Of a stretch of 64,000 nt of DNA, positions 1-14,234 are shown piece after piece; position 1 is the first letter of the stretch, and each line of letters begins with the position of its first letter. Below the pieces are notes generated by a model, which was not told where the DNA came from, made no database searches, and saw nothing but the letters and a program-made list of their open reading frames with translations. The DNA comes from Phaeosaccion multiseriatum (taxonomy: Eukaryota > Protista > Ochrophyta, other classes), in the NCBI GenBank assembly GCA_965112735.1, contig OZ218952.1, positions 2,418,001-2,482,000 of the forward strand. Reading direction: 5' to 3'. Both the position numbers and the translations under genes were made by a program.

Positions 1-4155
<4,155 letters not shown>

Positions 4156-4635
4156 ACGGAATACGCCAGTGAAGCAGGCGCCCATTCAGGTGTGCATCAG
4201 TGTCAAAGGAGATGAGATGGTTTCGACCGGACCAAGTCCGTGAACGGGCCGGACAGAAGCGAAGCATTGGACTTCGCAGCGACTTACTGCTCCTTCTGTT
4301 GTAAGAGTTTCCTTTGGAAGTGAAGGAAGGGGGGATGGAGGGGGGAGCAGGGGGAGGAGGAGGAGAAGGAGGAGGAGGAGGAGAAGCAGGGGGGGCTGTT
4401 GCGAAAGATGTACTTCGTACAAGTTACATCTCTCGGGGGAGAACTACGCGGGCTGAGGGGAGGAGGCGTGTGTGCGTGCGTGCGTGTGTGCGCGTGCGTG
4501 AGTCGCCGCTCGCGTCGTCGCGTCGTGTACATAGAACAGATTAAATTCCCAATTTGTAAAGAGAACTTATCAATTTTTTAGAAATTCGATTGCGGCTTCA
4601 GATGCGGGCGAGCCGTGAATGGTGCCCGCAACATC

Positions 4636-4999
4636 GTACGACATTGTCTTCCTGCCGCAGTTCAACACCCAGGATATGGTGCGGAGGAGGTAGCCCCGTG
4701 GCTTCAGAAGGATCAACAGCAAGACGGCCAGAGCCATGATGACATGGTCCCACTTTAGGTTTCGCGAGATGCTGAAAGCCAAGGCTCTCGAGAAGGGGAC
4801 CAACGTCGTTATGGTGACAGAGGAGTGCACCTCCAAGGCCTGCTCCGAGTGTGGCGCCGTACGCAACAATCTGGGTGGTGCGAAGGTCTTCCAGTGCCTC
4901 CATTGCAACTTTAGATGCGGGCGAGACGTGAATGGGGCCCGTAACATCTTCATCAAGAGCATTGTGGAACAAGGGTTGACAATGACATGGTCCAGGTGA
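4636..4999 (+). pseudogene. Fanzor2 copy A: C-terminal fragment (RuvC-II, zinc finger, RuvC-III)
   Basis: YDIVFLPQFNTQDMVRRR*PRGFRRINSKTARAMMTWSHFRFREMLKAKA..VVMVTEECTSKACSECG..LGGAKVFQCLHCNFRCGRDVNGARNIFIK. In-frame TAG at 4691-4693. Preceded by an extra RuvC-III fragment at 4587-4635 (DCGFRCGRAVNGARNI). Confidence 0.9.
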
Positions 5000-5134
5000 T
5001 GCCAGAGCGACAAGCGCTGCCAGCCACAAAGCGGACACTCTCCGTGGATTCCAGAGTGTGGAGGATGCGACCGCAAGAAGCAAGGCTGCTGCGCAAAACT
5101 CACTTCGATCCAAGCGGAGGAGAGGGGTGGCATT
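4981..5134 (+). ncRNA. Candidate Fanzor omegaRNA scaffold / right end of copy A
   Basis: Sequence overlapping and following the ORF end, conserved with copy B up to a sharp boundary at ...GGGGT(G/A)GCATT. Position matches the known TnpB/Fanzor RNA location; expression is not shown. Confidence 0.55.
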
Positions 5135-5145
5135 GTTTCTTTTTT

Positions 5146-5310
5146 AATGCTACCCCTCTCCACCGCTTGGATCGACATAAGCTCTGCGCAGCAGCCTTGC
5201 TCCTTGTGGTACTCGTTCGCCTCCTCCACACTCTGGAATCCACGGAGGGTGTCCACTAGCTATGTGGCTGGCAGCGCTTGTCGCCCTGGCATCACCTGGA
5301 CCATGTCATT
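5146..5310 (-). ncRNA. Candidate Fanzor omegaRNA scaffold / right end of copy B
   Basis: Reverse complement aligns to 4981-5134 with two small indels and scattered substitutions, and ends in the same GCATT. Confidence 0.55.
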
Positions 5311-6551
5311 TTAATGCTCCACGATGCTCTTGATGAAGATGTTGCGGGCCCCATTCACGTCTCGCCCGCATCTAAAGTTGCAATGGAGGCACTGGAACAC
5401 CTTTGCACCACCCAGATTGTCTCGTACGGCGCCACACTCGGAGCAGGTCTTGGAGGTGTACTCCTCTGTCACCATAACGACGTTGGTCCCCTCCTCGAGA
5501 GCCTTGGCTTTCAGCATCTCGAGAAACCTAAAGTGGGACCATGTCATCATGGCTCTGGCCGTCTTGCTGTTGATCCTTCTGAAGCCACGGGGTTGCCTCC
5601 TCCGCACCATGTCCTGCGTGTCGAACTGTGGCAGGAAGATAACATCGTACTCTTCGCACATTGCCTTCCTTCCTATGCACATCCTGCTGCACGAGATTCT
5701 CGATCCGCCGGATCGCACGATGCCACGCTCGACGCCGCCGATAGCGGACCTTGGACTTGACGTTCCGATCGACGGATCGAGATTGTAGACGGTCCAGGTG
5801 TGCAAAAAGAGGTCGATACACGCGCCACACATCGCCCGGGGCCACCTCCGTGACAACTCCGTGGTGATCGATGACGGTGTTGAATGTGCGCACGCCTGCT
5901 GGGTCCAACGCGCACACCCCAAGGTTGCTCGCGTCTCCCTCAAAGTCCATCTTCAGACGCCTCTTCTCCGTTACCACTGTCCAGAAAGTCGCACAAAGTG
6001 GCTCCTTCACATCCCTTCCCACCGTCCCCGTCCTCGAGCTCCTCAGTATTCCAACTCTTGCCTGGCACTTTCATGGTCTGCACGTCCTTCTTCCGTCTAT
6101 AGTGCAGGTCGAAGTGGTGTCCGGGGTCTTTCTGGCGCTTGGCGACGTCGCTCTCGTAGGCCTTGACAATCATGACAACATCCACCATCGCCCCGTCCCG
6201 GATCGCCGCTGCCGTCTCCAACACCCACGCTGTTTTGCGCGGAGTTCGCTGGAGCAGCCCGTGGCATCTTCCTCCAGCTGCCCCTGTGCCTTCCCTTTCT
6301 CTTCTTCTTGACGCGCCGCTGCTTGTTGACTCCTCCATATGCACGTGGCTGGGCCCCGATGACCTTGGCGCGAAAGTCTTTCACATTCATTTCGCACTTG
6401 CCCTCCTTGTACATGGATGTCCAGCGGGCAGTCCCAAACCATCTGTTGAGCCTCTCGGTCCAGGCCGGAGTCGGAAGAAGCTTGATGCGCCTGGCACGAT
6501 TCCCGAGCACGCTGTCCGGCGGAACCTCCGTCCTTCTCTTCTTCCTCCATC
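5311..6551 (-). pseudogene. Fanzor2 copy B: near full-length, frameshifted RNA-guided endonuclease
   Basis: Successive frames give RRIKLLPTPAWTERLNRWFGTARW (TnpB N-terminal motif), WVLETAAAIRDGAMVD..KAYESDVAK..FDLHYRRKKD, GVCALDPAGVRTF (RuvC-I, D at about 5903-5905), RRIENLVQQDVHRK, YDVIFLPQF, VTEEYTSKTCSECG..FQCLHC (relocated Glu plus CxxC..CxxC) and RDVNGARNI (RuvC-III). At least 3 frameshifts. Confidence 0.92.
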
Positions 6552-6900
6552 ACCCAGTGGTTCGTGGCCGGAGATCGACGGAGAGAATGGGCGGGGTGCT
6601 CCAAGAAGAAAAAAAGAAAAGAGGATGGAGGAAGAAGAGGAGGACGGAGGTTCCACTGGACAGTGTGCTCGGGAATCGTGCCAGGCGCGTCAAGCTTCAT
6701 CCGACTCCGGCCTGGACCGAAAGGCTCAACCGATGGTTTGGGACTGCGCGCTGGGTCGACCCCTGACACGCTATCGCCCACTTTCTCGATAGCGCGCTAT
6801 CGGCCGCCGGCCGATAGCGGATAGCGCGCGCCGGCTGGCGCCGGGATAGCGTTAGCGTGTCAGGGGTCGAGCTGGACATCCATGTACAAAGGAGGGCAAG
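6552..6900 (+). pseudogene. Inverted Fanzor2 N-terminal fragment with a basic NLS-like stretch, interrupted by a MITE
   Basis: 6624-6900 is a diverged inverted copy of 6397-6551 and encodes EEKKKRGWRKKRRTEVPLDSVLGNRARRVKLHPTPAWTERLNRWFGTARW. Confidence 0.85.
6756..6870. mobile_element. 115-bp MITE inserted in the Fanzor fragment
   Basis: Perfect 18-bp TIR TCGACCCCTGACACGCTA (6756-6773 / 6853-6870). Flanks GCTGGG / GCTGGA. The empty site CGCTGGACATCC is visible in copy B (about 6415-6426, minus strand). Internal GATAGCG/CGCTATC repeats. Confidence 0.9.
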
Positions 6901-7018
6901 CCGCGCGCCATAGTTGGCACCAACTTGATCATTCTCGACCATCCTTTCTGATGGTATCGAGGCACGAAAAGGATGGTCGAGAATGATCAAGGTGGTGCCA
7001 ACTATGCCGCGCGGCTTG
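6897..7018. repeat. Fold-back hairpin: 51-bp arms, 2 mismatches, 20-nt loop
   Basis: 6897-6947 is the reverse complement of 6968-7018. Confidence 0.92.
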
Positions 7019-7167
7019 TTCACGTCCGTAGCGGTAGAGTCACCCGCGAGACGGAAGGGCCACGTCCGCGCCACAATGGAGCAGAAGCGGTTCCAGAAGG
7101 GCTGGAACAGCAGGGGACCCCGATCACTTGGCTGGCTGCCATGGGAGAAGTCTACGCTCGCCTCCAT
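6968..7167 (-). pseudogene. Possible extreme N-terminus of the Fanzor2 ORF
   Basis: MEASVDFSHG..LLFQPFWNRFCSIVARTWPFRLAGDSTATD resembles, from memory, the PFWN..W.P..TD N-terminal segment of Fanzor2/IS607 TnpB. Same strand as copy B and upstream of it. Confidence 0.5.
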
Positions 7168-7320
7168 GGACAAATGGCCTCTTTAATTTTAAAAAGTGCG
7201 GAGCTTTGTACGGAGAGAGCCCTTTTTCTACAACCCCCTGTTGCTTCTATTGGAAATTGGAAATTCTCTCATTCTTTCTCTTTTTCCAACCTCACTGCTC
7301 CTCCTCCCCCTCCTTCTCCA

Positions 7321-10300
7321 TCACACCACCGTCGTGACCCTCAGTGGTAGCAGGGGCTGCTCTTGGTCAGAGAAGGAGACCCCCCTCGCGAGGGGGCGGT
7401 TCACAGATGGGCTAATCACAGATGGCATTGACGCCGCCTCCGGAGGCACAACAGGCCCAGACTCTGGGAGATAAAGAGAGCCCCTTCGCAACTGCCCGCG
7501 GAGGTGCTGTGGCTTGCGCCGGGCCTCTCTCTCCAGCGCGCCCAGCTCGTCTCCGAGCCGCAGCATACGCTGAAGGTAGATTCCCCCCCCCCCTTCCCCC
7601 TCTCCTCCTCCTCCTCCTCCTCCTCCTCCTCCTCCTCCTCCTCCTCCTCCTCCTCCTCCTCCTCCTCCTCCTCCTCCTCCTCCTCCTCCTCCTCCTCCTC
7701 CTCCTCCTCCTCCTCCTCCTCCTCCTCCTCCTCCTCCTCCTCCTCCTCCTCCTCCTCCTCCTCCTCCTCCTCCTCCTCCTCCTCCTCCTCCTCCTCCTCC
7801 TCCTCCCCCTCCTCCTCCTCCTCCTCCTTCCCCTGCTGCTGGCGATACCGCCTTTGACGTGTTCTTGGCCTTGATCTCTCCTGTGGTTTCTGCCGTCGGC
7901 CCCCCGTAGTCCGCTGCAGGGAGGTGTTGCAGTCGAAGAGACTCGCAGAGCTTCTTGGTGGAGCGCACGAGGGCGTCGTCGCGGAGAATGCTGGTCATGC
8001 CTTGCTTCAACTCCACCAGTGTCACCCACCTGAGTGTGGTCACGAGGAGCAATGAGCGTGTGTGAGAGTGAGCTACTTCGTGAACGGACTGCAGCTACAA
8101 GACCACACACTACTGGGTTCATTACCACCGACAATAGAGAGGGCAGGGAGGGGAGGTTAGGCCTTCCTCACTCCTCCTCCTCCTCCTCCTCCTCCTCCTC
8201 CTCCTCCTCCTCCTCCTCCTCCTCCTCCTCCTCCTCCTCCTCCTCCTCCTCCTCCTCCTCCTCCTCCTCCTCCTCCTCCTCCTCCTCCTCCTCCTCCTCC
8301 TCCTCCTCCTCCTCCTCCTCCTCCTCCTCCTCCTCCTCCTCCTCCTCCTCCTCCTCCTCCTCCTCCTCCTCCTCCTCCTCCTCCTCCTCCTCCTCCTCCT
8401 CCTCCTCCTCCTCCTCCTCCTCCTCCTCCTCCTCCTCCTCCTCCTCCTCCTCCTCCTCCTCCTCCTCCTCCTCCTCCTCCTCCTCCTCCTCCTCCTCCTC
8501 CTCCTCCTCCTCCTCCTCCTCCTCCTCCTCCTCCTCCTCCTCCTCCTCCTCCTCCTCCTCCTCCTCCTCCTCCTCCTCCTCCTCCTCCTCCTCCTCCTCC
8601 TCCTCCTCCTCCTCCTCCTCCTCCTCCTCCTCCTCCTCCTCCTCCTCCTCCTCCTCCTCCTCCTCCTCCTCCTCCTCCTCCTCCTCCTCCTCCTCCTCCT
8701 CCTCCTCCTCCTCCTCCTCCTCCTCCTCCTCCTCCTCCTCCTCCTCCTCCTCCTCCTCCTCCTCCTCCTCCTCCTCCTCCTCCTCCTCCTCCTCCTCCTC
8801 CTCCTCCTCCTCCTCCTCCTCCTCCTCCTCCTCCTCCTCCTCCTCCTCCTCCTCCTCCTCCTCCTCCTCCTCCTCCTCCTCCTCCTCCTCCTCCTCCTCC
8901 TCCTCCTCCTCCTCCTCCTCCTCCTCCTCCTCCTCCTCCTCCTCCTCCTCCTCCTCCTCCTCCTCCTCCTCCTCCTCCTCCTCCTCCTCCTCCTCCTCCT
9001 CCTCCTCCTCCTCCTCCTCCTCCTCCTCCTCCTCCTCCTCCTCCTCCTCCTCCTCCTCCTCCTCCTCCTCCTCCTCCTCCTCCTCCTCCTCCTCCTCCTC
9101 CTCCTCCTCCTCCTCCTCCTCCTCCTCCTCCTCCTCCTCCTCCTCCTCCTCCTCCTCCTCCTCCTCCTCCTCCCCCTCCCTTCATCACCGGCACTCACCC
9201 TCTACTAGCAAGGTCGAGGTACTGCACGAGACTCTCAAGCTCTCCCGCGTTATGGGGACTGCAGAAGTCAACAAAACACAAAGAGTGAGCAGGCAGGAGC
9301 AAGGCCAAGGCGAGGGTCGCATAAGAGGGAAATAAGTTGCCGCGGCCGCAGGGTGGACTCACGCAAGACGTGGCTAATCGTACGGACCATCCATCCTCCT
9401 CCTCTTCCCCCTCCTCCCCCTGCTGCCCTCACCAACAAAGCAAGCCTCCGTCCCGCCCGCCCTTTGCTGTTACACCCCCCCCCAACACACGCACACACAC
9501 ATACACATACACAAACGCGCGCGTCTCTCTTGGCTGCCCTTCTTTCCCACCCTTTCTCCTCCCCTCTCCCCAACCCCCCTCACTCACTCACTCACTAACC
9601 CCCCCCTGCCCCCCACGCGGACTCACACGTTGGCCCTTTGCAGCAGGCCCTGGAGGAGTCTGGAGTCGATTTCGGTAGCCGGCTCGATGCCGCAGCGGAA
9701 GGCGAGGTCGATGAGGCGAAGTCGAACCTTACGAAGGTAACTGTCCAGTGCTTGAAGAATGGTCAAGGTGCCCTGGCTCTTGGCAACGAGTAAGCGCTTG
9801 TGCGATTGGACGATGCGGTGCGCTTCCAGCTCCACTCGTTGAGTCTCTTCGACCTACAGTTTCATGGAAGTGATTGGTTGGTTGGTTGGTTGGTCGGTTG
9901 TTTGATTGGTTTGGTTCGGATTAGGGTTAGGTTTAATTAAAGAAAAAGGAAATCAGAAAGCCCCAAGACCCCAACCCTAAACAAGCTCTTCACGAGCCCA
10001 TAACAAGTCGGTACCAAGCCGTTAACGAGCCGTTCACAAGCCGTTCACAAGCCGTTAACAAGCATCGCCTCGGCATACCTTGCGTTTCTCGGCGCGCTTC
10101 TTGGCTGCGAGTCGGCGAAGATTGATGGGCCGAGATGGACGACCCTCCTGCGGGATGCCCAAGGTGGGGGGGAAATAGAGGGAAAGGCGGGGGGGGGGGG
10201 TTGGGGAGAGAGAGGGGGAAGAGAGAGCGAAAGCGAGGGGAGAGACGGGAGACGGAGAGAGGAGGGAGAGGGAAAGAGACAGAGAGACGAGAGAGTCCCA

Positions 10301-13233
10301 CGACGGACGAAGGACGAGGGACCAGCCCAGGCAAGGTGAGGCAAGAGAGGAAGGCGGCGCAAGGTCAGACAAGACAAAAGTAACACGGAATGTAAAAGCA
10401 AGTAAGAGAGAAAGCCCACGGAATGTAGAAGCGAGTAGGAGAGAAAGCCCACGGAATGAAAAAGCAAGTAAGAGAGAAAGCCCAGTCAGCGGGGGCGAGC
10501 GAGAGGCATACGTCACAGCTCGGAAGGGAAGGGAGCCGAGTGATCCATGGGCTGAGCTTGGACAGCTTTGGCCCCATACACCCCTAACCAAGTGCGCCGT
10601 CCGCCCTGCCCGTGTGCCTCTAACCAAAGTGCCCCGCCTATTCCACCCATGTGCCTCTCACTGACTTCTCCGACGACGCTGCCTACCTCGATATGCAGGA
10701 GAGCGTTGCGCAGCTCTGCGCGAGAGATGACCATCGCTGCGTCTTCGTCGTGAGGGTGGTGCAGGGCTCCCGACCCTCCTCCTCCTTGTCGGGGGGTGGA
10801 ATTGTGGGTGTGCAGAGCTCCCGATCCTCCCCCTCCTCGGCGGAGGGGGGGGGTGTGAGGGTGCAGGGTTCCCGACCCTCTTCCCCCCCCCCCTCCTCCT
10901 GCTCCTCCTCCTCCTCCTCCTCCTCCTCCTCCTCCTCCTCCTCCTCCTCCTCCTCCTCCTCCTCCTCCTCCTCCTCCTCCTCCTCCTCCTCCTCCTCCTC
11001 CTCCTCCTCCTCCTCCTCCTCCTCCTCCTCCTCCTCCTCCTCCTCCTCCTCCTCCTCCTCCTCCTGCTGCTGCTGTTCCTCCTCCTCCTCCTGCTGCTGC
11101 TGCTGTTCCTCCTCCTCCTCCTCCTCCTGCTGCTGCTGCTGCTGTTCCTCCTCCTCCTCCTGCTGCTGCTGTTCCTCCTCCTCCTCCTCCCCCTCCTCCC
11201 CCACCTCGAGCGCTGGGGGTGCGGGCGAGCAGCGCCCCCGATCCTCCCCCTCCTCGGGGGTTGGGTGTGTGGGTGTGCAGGGCTCCCGACCCTCCTCCTC
11301 CTGTGCCCGCTCTGGGGGTCGAGGGCGTGGTAGGCTTCGGTCTGATGCGGAACAGGTCTACGAGTTTGAGTTTGTTATGCAGGAGGTATTCCTCCAAATG
11401 AGAAAGCACCTCCACCCCTTGCACCTCTTCTGCGCTGAAGCGATTGGTACCCTTCAGCACTGCATCCGCCGCGCTGAGAAACTCTTCTCTTGTAACCGTT
11501 GTGCTGCTGTCCGGGTCCACAAAGCGCATACTCCACAGGATCTGCGACTCTGACACCATGTACTGCCGCAGCCACTGTTTTGTGCTCTTCACCTTGTGCG
11601 GTTTGCGTTGATTGTAGAAGCGAATCCTCTCGCCCACGTCGTAGGTGGTGACGTAGTGCGTCCTCTTGTGCATGTGTTGAAGATCATTGAAGAGCGAGTA
11701 CGCCCCAATGTTGTGCATTTCCAGCATTCGCAGTGCCTTGGCAAAGTCTGCGGAGCCCCGCTCGTGCACGTGGAGACGCGCCGCTAGCCTGTGGTATCCA
11801 CGTATGACCTGACGTGTGGAGGAGGAGGAGGAGGAGAAGGAGGTGGGAAGAGAGGAGGAAGAGGAGGTGGGTGTGAGTGGAGCGTGGAAGCCATGCCGCG
11901 TGTGGGCCTTGTGCTGTGGGGCCTGCTGGCAATGGACCACTGCCCACGCATGTCAAGTCCCACTTAAAGATAGCAACAACAGACAAAGCAGCAGCAGCAG
12001 TTGGTGATTCAGCAGCAGTTGTGTGATGCACCAGGCCAGCACGGGGCAAGAAGCAAGGTGAGACTAAGGTGAGTCTTCTCACCTTCTCCAGGCGGTCTCT
12101 GGTGATGGGCTCTCCCTTGGGAAGGCTGGCCGTGAGATGGTGCAGGACGAGCTCCACATTGGCCTCTGTGATCTCCCACTCGCGCTTGTCGCCCCCCCCC
12201 TCCCCCCCAGCCCCAGCCCGGGCGGCTGCTGCTGCAGCTGCGGCGGCGGTGGCTGCTGCGGCGGCTCCCGAGGACGCTGCCCCCTCTTCCACCACGACCC
12301 CCCCCCCTGCCTTGCCCTTGCCCTTGCCCTTGCTCTTGCCCCCCTTGCCTGGCCCCGAGGGGGCTGTCGTCCCACTCCCACTCGCCGTCGAGAGCCGCTG
12401 CTGTCTTACGCTGGCCGTGCGGGGCCTGTGCTTGCTTGTTTCACTCGTTTCGCTCATCCTCCGACCCTCTAGTCCCTGCAGTGATCCCTGCTCTCCCACG
12501 GCACTGCTCCGCCTCCGCGACGTGTCATTGCGCCATGGAGGGAGGCTGGCTTGACCTCCTGTATTACCAACTGCTGCAGCTGGTATGATTCGGATACTCG
12601 AAGTCCGCCGTTGTGGTGCAGTATCATGTCCATCTCCCCCCCCCTGCTGCTGCTGCTGCTGCTGCTGCTGCTTCTGCTTTCCTCGGGTGCCGTTCCAAGT
12701 GCAGGCTCGCTTGACAAGTCTGCTACTCTTGTGCAAGGAGGAGGAGGACGAGTCAGTATCGAGGGATCCAGACGCTCTGCCCCCCTCCCGGCCATACAGG
12801 GGACGCGTGAGGAGACTGCTCGGAAAGTGTTTTTCGAGGGTGGGAAGGTCGGGACACTCTTTAGCAGGGAAGGGAGAGATCGGCCGTACACCCAACACGG
12901 GTGGCTGGCCGTCGTGACGCTTCTCCTCCTGCCGCTTCTGCAGCGCCTCCTCCTCGTTTTGCTCCTTCGCGGCCGTGGTTAAAGCCACGGGTAATCCCCT
13001 CTGGGCCCGCCTATGGTGCTGCTGCTCCTGAGGCGGCTGCTGCTGTGGCTGCGGCTGCTGCTGCTGCGGCTGCCCAGTGAGATCAACTCCCTCGTCTGGG
13101 ATGTCTTTCCCGCTCTCGTTCCTAGACGTGGGCTCGACTCTTGCCTCGTCCCCCTCCCCCGCCGCCGTGGAAGGCTCTTCCTCACTCCCCACCACGGGCG
13201 GCAACAGCGTGCTTCCCGTCCCATCCCTCCTAA

Positions 13234-13284
<51 letters not shown>

Positions 13285-14201
13285 TCCCCATATCCATCAA
13301 CCCCTCCAGCCCGTCCACTGTCTCGGCCACGCCTACGCCCAAACTAGCCTCCATAGTCGCCCCGCCCCCCCCTCTCCCCGCCCACCCCTCCTCCCTCCTC
13401 CATCCGCTGCCATCCCCCCCATCCTCCTCCTCGTCCACCTCGTCCACCTCGTCCTCCTCCCTCTCGTCGTCCTCCTCCTTCTCCTCGAAGTCGTCCTGAA
13501 GCCCTTCCAGAGAAGCAAGCGAGCGCAGCGCATCGGAGTCCCACGTTTCTTCCTTTGGCGAGCTCAGCAGGCCCAGCGTCACTATCAGCTCTTGGCGTGG
13601 GGTCGGGATGTGATGGTCGGCTGCGGGCTCCAGCGGAGGAGGAGGTGGTGCCATGGGCGCTGTCGCAGTTGACCCTCTAGTGCTTCCTCGACGACTCCCT
13701 CCTCCCCTGCTGCTGCTACTGCTGATGATGCTAGATGTCGAAGGCCCTCTCGTGCTCCTCCTTCTGCCGACACACGTCTGGGCTCTCTGCTGTGGCTGGT
13801 GCTGCCGGGGAAAATGGAGACTGTCTTCTTCCCCCCGACCTGTGATGCTCTGATCTTCCCATGAAACACTTGTCCGTCCTCCATTCACTGCGGGGATTCC
13901 AGCCTCGCACCCCTTGTCAGCTCCTGGGAACGGCGGGAGACTGCCCTCATGCTTGTTGTTCTGGTGTGCCAGCGGGCGCCTTCTGCTACCTCCCACGCTG
14001 GTCTGCGCCCTGCTGCTACTCCTCGTACTCAAGTTGCTGATGATGCTGCCGCTGCTACCGCTGTCCATACCTGCGACTCGAGCCGTTGCGCGGTTCCTTC
14101 TAATCTTCCCCCCCCCTTTTCCCGAGGAGCATTTCACACCAGCGGTGGACGGTTTGACTCTGTTGGTGGAAGCAATGTAAGCCCTCGCCTGCTCGATAAC
14201 A

Positions 14202-14234
<33 letters not shown>

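Larger units (their letters stand above)
4587..7170. mobile_element. Degenerate, rearranged Fanzor2 (IS607-type TnpB-derived) element locus; no transposase ORF seen
   Basis: Intronless island between two converging host genes, bounded by AT-rich stretches. Contains TnpB/Fanzor motifs on both strands (see sub-features). Confidence 0.9.

Noticed and set aside
4570-7350. IS607 serine recombinase or Y1 TnpA partner, and other ORF-track calls here (for example 4570-5256 minus, 5324-5788 plus)
   Set aside because: No YARVS-type or HUH motif found; those ORFs are antisense or off-frame shadows of the Fanzor fragments.
8034-9335. Long poly-S/R/G ORFs and similar ORFs at 20466-21154, 22923-23731, 37902-38516 and 53995-54777
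   Set aside because: Stop-free frames created by microsatellites; not genes.
9921-9981. TTAGGGTTAGG and AACCCTAA as interstitial telomere
   Set aside because: Fewer than two full units each; compatible with chance in a low-complexity intron.
10385-10483. 33-bp repeats as a CRISPR-like array
   Set aside because: Head-to-tail tandem units with no unique spacers, inside a eukaryotic intron.
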